From positions 1 through 64,000 of the forward strand of contig CAVYRH010000010.1 in assembly GCA_963770835.1 (NCBI GenBank): DNA of 64,000 nt, given 5' to 3'. Positions 29,701 to 39,064 of the stretch are shown in pieces. The translations under genes and the position numbers were made by a program. The notes below the pieces were generated by a model. It did not search any database. It worked only from the letters and a program-made list of their open reading frames with translations, and was not told where the DNA came from. Numbering within the stretch: position 1 is the first letter of the stretch; every line of letters starts with the position of its first letter. This DNA is from an uncultured Pseudomonadota bacterium (GTDB taxonomy: Bacteria > Oederibacteriota > Muellerivitia > Muellerivitales > Muellerivitaceae).

Positions 29701-30207
29701 AATTTGAGCTCCAACACCATTTCCCCCGGAACCAGCCCCTCCGCTCCTTTTTCAAGCGTCCAAATTTTCATCCAAACTTCCGGAAGTCCGGTGACCTTGG
29801 TATGGGATGGAACCAATGATTCGGGCACGAAGGTCACTGACGGAGTTTATGAAGTCCAGGTCCATTGGAACAGCGGACAAGGGGAGCAAACGGATATTAC
29901 CCGGGAGATCACGGTGACGGGGGGCGGGCATTTGAACACCGTCATAGCCGTACCCAATATTTTGACGCCCGCGAGTTCAACGGCTTATTTCATAGTCCAA
30001 TCCGCCTCTTCCTACACCTTAAAGGCGAGGATCTATACGGTCGCGGGGGAACTCGTGAAGATGGTGACGGGTGGTAGTGGTGCCAACCAGGTATCCTGGG
30101 ATTCCAACGGACTTTCCAGCGGGCTTTATATCGCGGTGGTCGAATTAATTACCCCACAAGGCGGCCTATCCGGAAGACAAATCCTGAAGATTTCCGTCAT
30201 CCATTAG
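26752..30207 (+). CDS. Large secreted protein: DUF11-like domains, Thr-rich linker, tandem FlgD-Ig-like C-terminal domains
   Basis: Signal-like '...VQTALA-Q' (true start probably downstream of 26752); 'GQTITYTLNY...DTIP', 'GKTLTYTL...LTDTLP'; three 'YNEAGELV/IYTVAGELV' units. Confidence 0.85.
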   Translation: MTVVKKNLNFPFVKEKFPQNFMSRRFILPSEWSWDSLCPPPSFKNIKRFLINFSFLTLFGMISVQTALAQVWPNGCFTNGLTNWSSVVNAGSSATAGGVNGAGGNGDCVGQVLQVTNGTVYPGQTAPGRAPNSNGLLSMVPPGQTTAVQLFSGHGDNDHNDWARVCQTTTVPTNGNTCLSFLLAGVFENYHYLNTPNDVNGDGYLEVRVLLGAANCANANPGNAVIYDVLLNWEYLIGSGLVTLDGLVGNNAGTYGYDTQTPPGSGTNGCEVNPGNGTNWGIFPWTPYTLNLCQYAGQQITIEVTAYDCNEGGHYIWGYFDCPTWSACAPASVTLTKANNPTGQVDAGQTITYTLNYKNTSNTNYDDGVVVFDTIPTGTGFVSNSQTSNPYMPVTFATGNTVGWDIGYLNPGASGTLSFSVTVNDLHNGSCAETIVNQASEKDFETCYLTPALLTSNAVTNILGYTCTPTFTYTATKTPTPSPTVTPTKTATFTSTLTSTSTTTNTPTLTPTPTPTNSSTQTPTVTSTHTPSDTPTSTRTSTASSTATASFTATATSTTTATHTASSTATNSATSTATATVTNTFVNTATETATQTASSTATLTATSTATSTSTSTATSTNTFTSTSTLTVTRTPTQTYTATATSTATLTATSTATLTATSTPTRTDTATDTSTPTLTATSTATFTATFTPTTTPTFTPTSTLTTTATFTTTNTATATPTVTSTAGISLVKQVSSSLTESGKTLTYTLSVNVIGNTAFGMILTDTLPAQMTYVGPAANNPPSLPAPVSNPSLNQLVWTLPALSPGSYQLSYQAQVNNLVPGGTVLTNSAVLTCPGSQPVTASAQVVVTADYTLKIGVYNEAGELVDVFTTQQISEPIPAITLQTNTITELTGPGGAVTVYFDGAILGIWNGTSGNGTPVSNGTYIIKADNIDSSGNVTTISQQVTVSRPYATVEADIYNEAGELIRHLYTQAANTGGSQITAVNLSSNTISPGTSPSAPFSSVQIFIQTSGSPVTLVWDGTNDSGTKVTDGVYEVQVHWNSGQGEQTDITREITVTGGGHLNTVIAVPNILTPASSTAYFIVQSASSYTLKARIYTVAGELVKMVTGGSGANQVSWDSNGLSSGLYIAVVELITPQGGLSGRQILKISVIH

Positions 30208-30238
30208 GCCAGGATCCACTGCCTTTCGGCCTATTTCC

Positions 30239-30267
30239 TTGACAAAGGAAGGGGGTGTTTTTAAAAT
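30239..30267 (+). promoter_or_regulatory. Sigma70-type promoter of the rpsP operon
   Basis: TTGACA-N17-TAAAAT. Confidence 0.75.
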
Positions 30268-30369
30268 CCTTTCCCCTTCACCCTTCTTGGGCGAAGAAGG
30301 TTTGGGCCCTCTGGGACCCTCATCAAACTGCATAAATAAAATACGTTGAGCCTGTTTTGAGGAGGACTT

Positions 30370-30624
30370 GTGTCCGTCAAGATTCGTTTAAAGCGCATTG
30401 GAAGCAATAAAAAAGCCTGTTACCGCATTGTAGTTTTGGATTCTACCATGTCCGGCAAGGGACGCCGGGTACAAGACCTGGGGACCTATAACCCCCGGGC
30501 CAAGGAAGAAAACCAAGTTTTGAACCTTAACAAAGAAGCCATCGTGGGATGGGTGAAAAAGGGTGCTATTGCTTCCGATACCGTACTTGGAATCCTGAAA
30601 AAGGCTGGCGTTCAAATCGGCTGA
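30370..30624 (+). CDS. rpsP: 30S ribosomal protein S16
   Basis: 'VKIRLKRIG...YRIVV...LGTYNP'; GGAGG RBS; operon context. Confidence 0.96.
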   Translation: MSVKIRLKRIGSNKKACYRIVVLDSTMSGKGRRVQDLGTYNPRAKEENQVLNLNKEAIVGWVKKGAIASDTVLGILKKAGVQIG

Positions 30625-30690
30625 CTGCCCGCGGTGAAGGAAGGAAATCCCTTGGCCGCCTATTCCAGACCGATGTGAAGAAAGGGCAAC

Positions 30691-30921
30691 ATGAAAGAAC
30701 TTATCGAATACGTGGCCAAATCGCTGGTAGACAAACCCGAAAGCGTGGCGATCCAGCAAAGGCTTGAAGGCAACCTTACGGTGTTGGAACTGCGGGTCTC
30801 CAAAGACGATTACGGCAAAGTGATCGGAAAGCAAGGGCGTACCATCAAGGCGCTGCGGACCCTGGTTTCCGCTTCCTGCGCGAAGCATGGGTTGAAATAC
30901 TCCCTGGAAGTCGTTGAGTAA
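30691..30921 (+). CDS. khpA: KH-domain RNA-binding protein
   Basis: 'MKELIEYVAKSLVDKP...GKVIGKQGRT' between rpsP and rimM. Confidence 0.92.
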   Translation: MKELIEYVAKSLVDKPESVAIQQRLEGNLTVLELRVSKDDYGKVIGKQGRTIKALRTLVSASCAKHGLKYSLEVVE

Positions 30922-31474
30922 TCCCGAAAGCCCGGCATCCCAAACCCCGTCCAACGGTTTTATCGTCCTTGCCACCATCGTCCGGCCCCATGGCCTAAAG
31001 GGCGAGGTGAAGCTGTCCTTGTCCTGTTCGGGGCTGGACCGCCTGCTTACCTGTAAACCCCTTCGGCTGATGAAGGATGGCCGGGAACTAAAGGAAGTGA
31101 CCATCATCCGGTCTTTCCAGCATCCTGATGGGGACGCGGTAGTGCGTTTAAAGGAAGTGGTGGGCGTCGACGAAGCGGAAGCATTGAGGGGCGCCTATCT
31201 CGCGGTTTTGGACGGGGAACAGCCGGTCCTTCCGCCCGACAACTTTTACCTGCATGAACTGGTGGGTTTGGCCGTTTTCACTACCACCGGTGAGGATTTG
31301 GGCCGGATCGAGGAAGTCATGAACGGCCTGGCGAACGGGGTTTGCGTGGTCCGGAAGGGTGAAAAAGAAACCCTTGTTCCGGCCCTGAAGTCCGTGGTCC
31401 GGGAAGTGGACCTAAAGGCCCGGCGGATGACCGTCGAGTTGCCGGAAGAGATCGATGCGGACACCGCGGATTGA
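30914..31474 (+). CDS. rimM: 16S rRNA processing protein RimM
   Basis: 'PHGLKGEV', 'FYLHELVGL', PRC barrel; operon context. Confidence 0.93.
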   Translation: MSNPESPASQTPSNGFIVLATIVRPHGLKGEVKLSLSCSGLDRLLTCKPLRLMKDGRELKEVTIIRSFQHPDGDAVVRLKEVVGVDEAEALRGAYLAVLDGEQPVLPPDNFYLHELVGLAVFTTTGEDLGRIEEVMNGLANGVCVVRKGEKETLVPALKSVVREVDLKARRMTVELPEEIDADTAD

Positions 31475-32204
31475 CATCCTGACGCTTTTCCCCGACTACT
31501 TCGCGGGGCCCTTCACCGTGAGCATGGTGAAACGGGCGGTCGTCAAGAAGGCGGTGGACATCCGTCTGCATGACTTAAGGAAATACGCCACCGACAAGCA
31601 CCACACTGCCGACGACGTCCCTTACGGAGGCGGCGCGGGCATGGTAATGAAACCAGAACCCCTTGCGCGGGCCTTATCCGCGATCAAGCGGGGGCGGAAG
31701 AACGTCAAGACGCTTTTGATGTCGCCCCAAGGCCGGCGGTTCGACCACGCCATGGCGATGGAGTTGTCCGGCAAAAAATCCCTTCTTTTGGTCTGCGGGC
31801 ATTACGAGGGCATCGACGAGCGGGCCATGAGGGGAATCGACGGCGAGGTGAGCATGGGCGATTACGTTTTAACCGGGGGGGAGCCGGCGGCTGCGGTCCT
31901 TGTGGACGCCCTGGTGCGGTTCCTACCGGGAGTTGTGGGGGATCGGCAGTCGGTAGAAAAGGACAGCTTTTTTAATGGATTATTGGATTATCCGCACTAT
32001 ACTCGTCCCCGCTTCTTTAAGGGGATGAAAGTGCCGGAGGTCCTATTGTCGGGCAACCATGCCCAGATCGACCGGTGGAGAAAAAAAGAGTCCCTGAAGA
32101 ATACTTTGGCCAAGCGTCCCGACCTTTTGGACCGGGTCGTCCTCGCCGAAGAAGACCTTAAACTCTTAAAGGAAGCGCAAAAAGAATTGGAAGCGGGCGG
32201 CTAA
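31455..32204 (+). CDS. trmD: tRNA (guanine-37-N1)-methyltransferase
   Basis: 'DDVPYGGGAGMVMK', 'CGHYEGIDER', 'SMGDYVLTGGE'. Confidence 0.97.
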   Translation: MRTPRIDILTLFPDYFAGPFTVSMVKRAVVKKAVDIRLHDLRKYATDKHHTADDVPYGGGAGMVMKPEPLARALSAIKRGRKNVKTLLMSPQGRRFDHAMAMELSGKKSLLLVCGHYEGIDERAMRGIDGEVSMGDYVLTGGEPAAAVLVDALVRFLPGVVGDRQSVEKDSFFNGLLDYPHYTRPRFFKGMKVPEVLLSGNHAQIDRWRKKESLKNTLAKRPDLLDRVVLAEEDLKLLKEAQKELEAGG

Positions 32205-32243
32205 ACCGCCCCGTTTTTGAGGATAAAGAAGGAGCAGGCAGCC

Positions 32244-32720
32244 ATGAACTTGACGATTCGAAAAATCGAGGAGAGCCAGGTTATCCGGAAAACCGTGCCC
32301 TTCAAGGTGGGTGACACGGTGAAGGTTTCCTTGAGGATCAAGGAAGGCGAGAAGGAACGCATCCAGGTTTACGAAGGTTTGGTCATCGGAATCCAAGGCG
32401 CGGGCGGCAAGATGAAGTTCACGGTCCGCAAGATTTCCTACGGCGTCGGCGTGGAAAAAACCTTTTACTACCAGTCGCCCATGATCAAGGACGTCAAGGT
32501 GAGCCGTTCAGGCAAGGTGCGCCGCGGCAAATTGTTCTACCTGCGGGGCAAACTGAATAAGAAGGACGCCCGCATCCAGGAAGGCAAAAAAGTCCTAGTG
32601 CATAGCGAAGGTGCCGCGGAAACGGTTTCGGCCACCAACGTCGAATCCGCCCCTGTGGAATCGGTCGAAGCCCCCAAAACGGAAGCAGCCCCGGAGAAAC
32701 CCAAAACCGAAAAGGCTTGA
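32244..32720 (+). CDS. rplS: 50S ribosomal protein L19 with acidic C-terminal extension
   Basis: 'FKVGDTVKV...EGEKERIQVYEG...FTVRKISYGVGVE'; AAGGAG RBS before ATG 32244. Confidence 0.96.
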   Translation: MNLTIRKIEESQVIRKTVPFKVGDTVKVSLRIKEGEKERIQVYEGLVIGIQGAGGKMKFTVRKISYGVGVEKTFYYQSPMIKDVKVSRSGKVRRGKLFYLRGKLNKKDARIQEGKKVLVHSEGAAETVSATNVESAPVESVEAPKTEAAPEKPKTEKA

Positions 32721-32740
32721 TCCACCTAACGTTTTTTCAA

Positions 32741-32771
32741 AACCGTCTCGGAAAACCGGGGCGGTTTTTTT
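32741..32771 (+). terminator. Probable intrinsic terminator after rplS
   Basis: AACCGTCTCGG-AAAA-CCGGGGCGGTT followed by a T run. Confidence 0.65.
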
Positions 32772-32823
32772 GTTTGGGGACCCCAGCTTGAACCCTTCGC
32801 CATTCGCGGGTAGGATAGCCGCC

Positions 32824-34554
32824 ATGAAAAAAACATTAGGCCTGCTTTTCCTTTTGCTTTCCTTGGGGTTTGAAATCGGCTGCACCGGCAGCGGCGCGGT
32901 GAGCCCGCTCACCCCCGCCAAGGCCTCCCAACCGGACCCGTCCACGGCCGCCGCCGAGGACTCGGACGTGGTTTATTGGACTTCCTTTCCCGTGACCTAC
33001 ACGTTGACCGACCCATTGAACGGTATCTGCCTCATCAACAAAAAGCTCGGCTGGGCCTGCGGCAACAACGGCCAAATGCTCAAGTGGGACGGCGACACAT
33101 GGTCGAAGGTGGACACGGGGCTGGCTAAAAACGAGAATCTGATGGCGGTGGTTTTCGCCGATGAACACGAGGGCTGGGCCATGGGAACCCACGGCGTCAT
33201 CCTGCATTACAACAACGGCACCTGGAACCTGGACAACTCCCCCACCCAGGAGCTCCTCTACAGCGCGGTGGTGACCCCCTCCCGCAACGTATGGGCCGTA
33301 GGCTCCAACGGGGCGATTCTCACCTATAACGGTATCTCCTGGGGAATGGTCACCGCGGTTTCCCAGTCCGGCGGCTCTTCGGTGACGGTGACGGACGATA
33401 TTTACGGCGTCGGGCTATACGGCCAGAACAACGGCTGGGCGGTGGGCAACCGCGGGCTCATCTTGGGCTTTGACGGCCAAAAGTGGACGCCTTATACGGC
33501 CAGCCCCACCACCGAAAGGCTCAATTCCGTTTCGGTGATCAACGAAGTGCAGGCCTGGATCGTGGGGGCCTTCGGCACTATCCTGCGTTATAACGGCACC
33601 ACCTGGACCAAGATCGCCAATGCTTTTTCCGGCTTCGACCTTTACCAAGTCCACATGAAGAGCGACGACGACGGCTGGGGCATCGGCCAGGACGGGACCA
33701 TCATTTATTACGACGGAAGCCGCTGGATTTCCCACCAGAAACCGGAAGGAAAGCCCTCCCTCAACGCCATTGCTTTTTACAAGGACGAGGGGTTTATGGT
33801 CGGTCAAAACGGGGCCATCCTGAGGTTCCAACCCAACGGGGAAATGGCCAAGTTCACTTTCTTGTTCAAGGGGGCCGTTTCCAAACAGCCGACGAAAGAA
33901 AATCCTTACTGGACCCTTACCTATACCCTCATGAACCAAAGCCCCAAGGCTTCGCCCTTGGCCACCTTTGAGCTGCCGATTCCCAAGGGTTTGAGCCCTT
34001 ACCAGCCCAAGCCTACCCCGACCCCCGAGCCGGGCGGGGCCGCCACCCCTGGGGCTTCTTCACCGGCCTCCCTGGTGACATCGACCCCGACCTCCTCCCC
34101 GACTCCCACGCCCGCCGGTCCAAAGCCCTCACCCCAAACCGGCTCCGGTCCCGCCAGCCAATCCGGGAAGTCCGCCAGTACCGCCTCCGCGGTCACGGGC
34201 AACTGGACCATGAAGGATAATAACTTGGAGTGGGAAATTGGAAACATTTCTTCCTCGGAAATCAAAACAATTACCGTTTTACTCCAGGATAAGAAAGGCG
34301 AACAAAAAGAATATCCCGTCCTCCTGAAAGCCGTATTAAAATCAACCGATAAGGTGATCGCGGAGGCGGTTCCGGTGACTTTGATCGCTTCGGAACCGAA
34401 ACCGGTGATACAAGCGGCTCGCGCGATAACAACTCCCGCTACGACCACGGTTTCTACAGCTCCGGCGAAGCCTGCGGCCACCCCCGGGAACGCGGATGAC
34501 TCCGAAGAAGGCGGTGCCCCCAATGTCCAACCCACTCCCGCTCCCCGAAATTGA
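32824..34554 (+). CDS. Lipoprotein with YCF48/BNR-like beta-propeller and C-terminal DUF11-like domain
   Basis: Lipobox-like 'EIG-C'; about 7 'GWAVGxxGxILxYDGxxW' repeats. Confidence 0.8.
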   Translation: MKKTLGLLFLLLSLGFEIGCTGSGAVSPLTPAKASQPDPSTAAAEDSDVVYWTSFPVTYTLTDPLNGICLINKKLGWACGNNGQMLKWDGDTWSKVDTGLAKNENLMAVVFADEHEGWAMGTHGVILHYNNGTWNLDNSPTQELLYSAVVTPSRNVWAVGSNGAILTYNGISWGMVTAVSQSGGSSVTVTDDIYGVGLYGQNNGWAVGNRGLILGFDGQKWTPYTASPTTERLNSVSVINEVQAWIVGAFGTILRYNGTTWTKIANAFSGFDLYQVHMKSDDDGWGIGQDGTIIYYDGSRWISHQKPEGKPSLNAIAFYKDEGFMVGQNGAILRFQPNGEMAKFTFLFKGAVSKQPTKENPYWTLTYTLMNQSPKASPLATFELPIPKGLSPYQPKPTPTPEPGGAATPGASSPASLVTSTPTSSPTPTPAGPKPSPQTGSGPASQSGKSASTASAVTGNWTMKDNNLEWEIGNISSSEIKTITVLLQDKKGEQKEYPVLLKAVLKSTDKVIAEAVPVTLIASEPKPVIQAARAITTPATTTVSTAPAKPAATPGNADDSEEGGAPNVQPTPAPRN

Positions 34555-35521
34555 AGCCGAAGCCTTAAAAGATAAGTCGCCCACCCAATCCCTGGATTAT
34601 TTGAAGAACCACTTGAAGGACGACGTCCGGACCGGCGCCAAGCGACTGTTGGAGAAATTTAAGAAAGCCGTCCAAAGGGAAGAAAAAGAACAAAAACGGC
34701 TGGAATCCCTCTGGAAATACGAGCAAGAGGCACGGGAAAAAGGATTCCTCAAAGTGGCGGGCATCGATGAGGCGGGGCGCGGCCCGCTCGCGGGTCCCGT
34801 GGTGGCCGCCGCGGTCATCCTGCCGTCCGAGGGAATACCCGCCGGCATTGATGATTCTAAGAAACTCACCGCCAAGAAGCGGGAAGAGCTTTTCGGGAAG
34901 ATCCGGGCAATAGCCTTGGGTGTGGGGGTGGGCCAGGCCGATGTGCGGGAGATCGACGAATTGAACATCTACCGGGCGGCCCAATTAGCCATGGAAAGGG
35001 CCGTCGGCGCCTTAGGGGTGAAGCCCGATTATCTCCTGACCGACGCCATGCCCCTTCCCGCGTTGAAGTCCATACCCCAAAAACCCCTCGTGCATGGGGA
35101 CGCCCTATCCCTCAGTATCGCGGCGGCCTCCATCATCGCCAAGGTAACGCGGGACCGGTTGATGGGCGAGATGCACCGGCAATACCCGGTTTACGGGTTT
35201 GAGGGACACAAGGGATACGGAACAGAAGAACATATGAGGGCCTTGGAAGCCCACGGCCCCTGCCCGGAGCACCGCCTGAGTTTTGGTCCCGTTATGGAGA
35301 CACTGGCCCGGAAATCGCCCGGGGGGCCCCTGGGTTATTGGAAGGAAAAGCTCAACCAGTCCCAAAATCCCAAGGAACTGCGGCAAGTGGGGGTTCAAAT
35401 CAAACGGATCGCCATGGAACACTTGACCGAAGGGGATTTGAAAATACTCCGGGACCTCTTTCGAAGCAAGAGAAACGAATTTAACGTCAGTTCGCAGCCG
35501 GCGGTTCGCAGTCCGCAGTGA
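34523..35521 (+). CDS. rnhB: Ribonuclease HII
   Basis: 'GIDEAGRGPLAGPVVAAA', 'DSKKL', 'IAAASIIAKVTRD', 'HKGYGT'. Confidence 0.96.
   Translation: MSNPLPLPEIEAEALKDKSPTQSLDYLKNHLKDDVRTGAKRLLEKFKKAVQREEKEQKRLESLWKYEQEAREKGFLKVAGIDEAGRGPLAGPVVAAAVILPSEGIPAGIDDSKKLTAKKREELFGKIRAIALGVGVGQADVREIDELNIYRAAQLAMERAVGALGVKPDYLLTDAMPLPALKSIPQKPLVHGDALSLSIAAASIIAKVTRDRLMGEMHRQYPVYGFEGHKGYGTEEHMRALEAHGPCPEHRLSFGPVMETLARKSPGGPLGYWKEKLNQSQNPKELRQVGVQIKRIAMEHLTEGDLKILRDLFRSKRNEFNVSSQPAVRSPQ
35488..35520 (+). repeat. Heptamer tandem repeat (CAGTTCG-like)
   Basis: CAGTTCG CAGCCGG CGGTTCG CAGTCCG CAGTG, forming the last codons of rnhB. Confidence 0.65.
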
Positions 35522-35572
35522 GAAACTTAAAACTTCGAACTCGGATTCTTTTACTATCAAAAGAGAGTATGA

Positions 35573-35974
35573 ATGAAGAAAAAGAATCTGGTAAGCACCC
35601 ACCAAAAAGGAAAATGGGGGGAGGAGAGGGCGGCCGTTTTTTTACGGTTGAAGGGGTACAGTATCCTAGAGAAAAATTACCGCGTTCCCCAGGGTGAGAT
35701 CGACCTGATCGCCTGGAAGAACGGAACACTGGTTTTCGTGGAGGTAAAGGCCCGCAGGGGGCTCGCCCAGGGGACGCCCCTGGAGGCGGTTTCAACGCAC
35801 AAGGTCCGGCGTTTGTCGGCCGCGGCGGCGGTTTACCTGTCCTACCGTAAGGACCCGCCGGCCAACTGCCGGTTCGACGTGGTGACTTTGGGCCCTGAAA
35901 AGAATTGGATGGGCTTGGCCCGGATCCGGCATTTCGAGAATGCCTTTCCGGCCAGCGGTAACTTCAATATTTAA
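35573..35974 (+). CDS. yraN: YraN (UPF0102) family endonuclease
   Basis: 'GKWGEERAA...GEIDLIA...LVFVEVKAR...RFDVV'. Confidence 0.92.
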   Translation: MKKKNLVSTHQKGKWGEERAAVFLRLKGYSILEKNYRVPQGEIDLIAWKNGTLVFVEVKARRGLAQGTPLEAVSTHKVRRLSAAAAVYLSYRKDPPANCRFDVVTLGPEKNWMGLARIRHFENAFPASGNFNI

Positions 35975-35993
35975 ATTAAACTAAGGAAAAAAC

Positions 35994-37259
35994 ATGAAAA
36001 CTTTTCCATTCAACATCCCGGCGAAAACCTTAGGCCTTCTCAAGAAAATCGGCCAGTTGGCCGACGAGCGGGGGGAAACGGCCTACGCCGTGGGCGGCTT
36101 CGTGCGGGATCTCTTCCTCCATCGCCCGGGCGTGGACATCGACATCACGGTGGAAGGAGACGGCCTTAGCTTCGCCGAGAAACTGGCCAAATTGACCCAT
36201 TCGGAGGTCGAAGCCTTCACCCGATTTGGGACCTCTATCGTGGTGGTACCCGGCTTCGGCAAGGTGGATATCGCCACGGCCAGGACCGAGAGCTATGAAA
36301 ATCCGGGCGCCTTGCCTTCGGTCAAAAAAAGCGGGATCGTTCAGGACCTTTACCGGAGGGATTTCACCATCAACGCCATGGCCTTGAGCCTCTCGCCGGG
36401 CTATTTCCTGAAGCTCCTGGATCCTTTCGGGGGGCAAGACGACCTCAAAAAAGGCCGAGTGCGGGCGCTTCACGGGAAGAGTTTCATTGACGATCCCACC
36501 CGCATCTTCCGGGCGGTGCGGTTTGAACAAAGGTTTAAAAAGCGGATCGAGGAAAAAACGCAGAAATGGCTTTTAGAAGCCGTCAAGGGCGGTTATATCC
36601 AGAGGGTTTCGGGGGAGAGGCTGCGCAACGAGTTGCGGCTGATCTTCCAGGAGCCCCACCCCGAAAGGGCGGTGAAAAGGCTGGAAGAGCTGGGGGTTTT
36701 GCCCCATATCCATCCCGCGCTGGGGGTTTCGGCGAAAGCGAAAAAGGCCTTGCCCCATATCGCCGCCGCCATGGTCTTTTTCCACCGGAACAAGATCGCC
36801 TTGGAGGAAGAAACAATGGTCTGGTTCCAGGCCCTCCTCGCCAGCCCCACGGAAAAAGAAGCGGAAGCCCTTTCCAAGCGCCTGATGCTGTCCCGGCCAG
36901 AGCAAAAAATCGTCACCCAGTCCGCCAAGGCCCACCCGGCCCTCTATAAAGATCTATCCCGCAAGGACGCGACGGTGAGCCGCATGTACAAGCTCCTTTG
37001 CCCCTTGCGGCCGGAAGTGCAGTGTTATTTGATGGCGGCCGCGCCGTCGCCCAGCTTGCGCGGGAAACTCGCGGGGTATTTCTCGAAGATCCAAAAGTCG
37101 AAGCCCTGGATTAGGGGCCGGGACCTCCAGGCCATCGGTATCGCGCCGGGGTTCCGTTATTCGTTCATTTTGCTGGAGGCCCTCAACGCCCAGTTGGACG
37201 GAAAATTCAGGAACCGAGGGGAAGCGCTGAACTGGGTGAAAAAAACATTCGTTACTTGA
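35994..37259 (+). CDS. cca: CCA-adding/poly(A) polymerase-family tRNA nucleotidyltransferase
   Basis: 'AVGGFVRD...DIDI', 'RRDFTINAMA', 'DDPTRIFRAVRF', 'SGER'. Confidence 0.88.
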   Translation: MKTFPFNIPAKTLGLLKKIGQLADERGETAYAVGGFVRDLFLHRPGVDIDITVEGDGLSFAEKLAKLTHSEVEAFTRFGTSIVVVPGFGKVDIATARTESYENPGALPSVKKSGIVQDLYRRDFTINAMALSLSPGYFLKLLDPFGGQDDLKKGRVRALHGKSFIDDPTRIFRAVRFEQRFKKRIEEKTQKWLLEAVKGGYIQRVSGERLRNELRLIFQEPHPERAVKRLEELGVLPHIHPALGVSAKAKKALPHIAAAMVFFHRNKIALEEETMVWFQALLASPTEKEAEALSKRLMLSRPEQKIVTQSAKAHPALYKDLSRKDATVSRMYKLLCPLRPEVQCYLMAAAPSPSLRGKLAGYFSKIQKSKPWIRGRDLQAIGIAPGFRYSFILLEALNAQLDGKFRNRGEALNWVKKTFVT

Positions 37260-37386
37260 TCACTTTCCCTATGCTCCCGATACTCAGTGTGGGCACAGGG
37301 TCGGGATTTTTTTGTTTTTTAAGGCCGCTGAATCCGCTAAAGTTAATCCGAATCACGCAAATCCCCGACAAAATTCAGGTGAAAAA

Positions 37387-37986
37387 ATGGATGAAGCCAG
37401 ATTAGTTAACGCCGTGATGAAGCTGGGGGTGCTGGTCTTCTCCCTCTGTCTTCACGAATTCGGCCATGCCTACGCGGCCTACCGCTTGGGGGACCCGACG
37501 GCCAAGATGGTGGGGCGCATGACCATCGATCCCCGGGTCCACGTGGACCCCATCGGGACCATTCTTTTTCCCTTGATGATGTTTCTTTTTCCCGGCCTTT
37601 TCCTGTTCGGGTGGGCGAAACCCGTTCCCGTTACCGTTGAAAATTTGAGAAATCCCCGCCGTGACGGAGCCCTAGTGGCCCTGGCGGGCCCGGCCATGAA
37701 CATCCTTTTGGCCCTTATCTCCCTCGGAGTCCTGGTTTTGTTGGGGACTTTTTCCTTTTTAGGAATGGATGACAGCATGGCGGGAACTGTCCTGCAGTTT
37801 GTCCAATTCTTCCTTTTAATGAATATCGGGCTGGCGGTATTTAATTTAGTACCCATTTATCCCCTGGATGGTTCGTGGATCTTAAAATCCATTCTTCCAC
37901 CCAGATGGGCCTACCAGGTTTCGCGGTTCGACCGTTACGGTTTTATGGTGCTTTTTGGGATTTTCATTTTGCTCCGTTATCTCTGA
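37387..37986 (+). CDS. Site-2 protease (peptidase M50)
   Basis: 'HEFGH', 'GWAKPVP', 'AGPAMN', 'FNLVPIYPLDG'. Confidence 0.94.
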   Translation: MDEARLVNAVMKLGVLVFSLCLHEFGHAYAAYRLGDPTAKMVGRMTIDPRVHVDPIGTILFPLMMFLFPGLFLFGWAKPVPVTVENLRNPRRDGALVALAGPAMNILLALISLGVLVLLGTFSFLGMDDSMAGTVLQFVQFFLLMNIGLAVFNLVPIYPLDGSWILKSILPPRWAYQVSRFDRYGFMVLFGIFILLRYL

Positions 37987-38009
37987 CGTTTTTTAGGAAA
38001 AGGGGTCTT

Positions 38010-39038
38010 TTGGCGCCTGAACCCGTGAAAAAACCAATCCGTTATTTGTCCGGCGTCCAATCCAGCGGTCGGCTCCACCTGGGCAATTACTACGGGGCCA
38101 TTCGCAACCATATCCGGCTCCAGGACGAGGGGGAATGCTTTTATTTCATCGCCAACTATCATGCCCTTAACACCGTCCAGGACGCGGACGCGCTTAGAAG
38201 ATTCACCTTTATGGTAGCCGCCGATTATTTAGCCTTGGGTCTGGACCCCGCCAAGGCCCTGCTTTTTCGGCAAAGCGATGTCCCGGAAGTCACCGAATTG
38301 GCTTGGCTTTTAAGCACGGTTACTGGGATGGGGCTTATGGAGCGGGCCCATTCCTACAAGGACAAAATAGCCCGGGGGATCGCCCCCAACCTCGGCTTGT
38401 TCAACTATCCCGCCCTCATGGCGGCGGATATCCTCATCTACCAAAGCGACAAGGTGCCGGTGGGCCAGGACCAGATCCAGCACATTGAAATGTGCCGCGA
38501 CATGGCGGGTTATTTCAATCACACGTTTAAGAAAGACTTGTTCAAGCTTCCGGAAGCTGTTTTAAGCGATGCCCCCAAAGTGATGGGCTTGACCGGGGGC
38601 AAGATGAGCAAAAGCGACGAGGCAAGCGTCGTTCCCATTTTCGGGGAACCGGCGGAAATCAAAAAGAAAGTGATGGGCATCTTGACCGATTCCAAGGGCG
38701 TCCAGGACCCCAAGGACCCGGATCAAAACGTGATTTACCTTTTATACCGTCTCGTGGCCCCGCCGGAGGAAGCGGCCCAAATGGAAAAGGGTTTCCGCCA
38801 AGGCGGGTTGGGTTATGGGGACGCGAAAAAACTCCTGGTTACCAAATTGGAGCAGGTTTTCGGCGGCGAGAGGCGGGAGAAGCGGAAAAAGATGGAGGAA
38901 AACCCCGACATGGTAGAGGATGTCCTGATCGCCGGCGCCCACAAGGCTCGCCAAGCGGCGGCATCCACCATGGAAAAGGCCTATGAGGCCGTGGGAATCC
39001 CCGCTTCCAAGATTAAAAAGGCGATGTTGAGCATTTAG
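38010..39038 (+). CDS. trpS: Tryptophanyl-tRNA synthetase
   Basis: 'SGVQSSGRLHLGNY', 'YPALMAADIL', 'VPVGQDQ', 'KMSKS'; start codon uncertain (38010 or 38025). Confidence 0.96.
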   Translation: MAPEPVKKPIRYLSGVQSSGRLHLGNYYGAIRNHIRLQDEGECFYFIANYHALNTVQDADALRRFTFMVAADYLALGLDPAKALLFRQSDVPEVTELAWLLSTVTGMGLMERAHSYKDKIARGIAPNLGLFNYPALMAADILIYQSDKVPVGQDQIQHIEMCRDMAGYFNHTFKKDLFKLPEAVLSDAPKVMGLTGGKMSKSDEASVVPIFGEPAEIKKKVMGILTDSKGVQDPKDPDQNVIYLLYRLVAPPEEAAQMEKGFRQGGLGYGDAKKLLVTKLEQVFGGERREKRKKMEENPDMVEDVLIAGAHKARQAAASTMEKAYEAVGIPASKIKKAMLSI

Positions 39039-39064
39039 AGAAACCGATTTAAACCTAACTTGAG

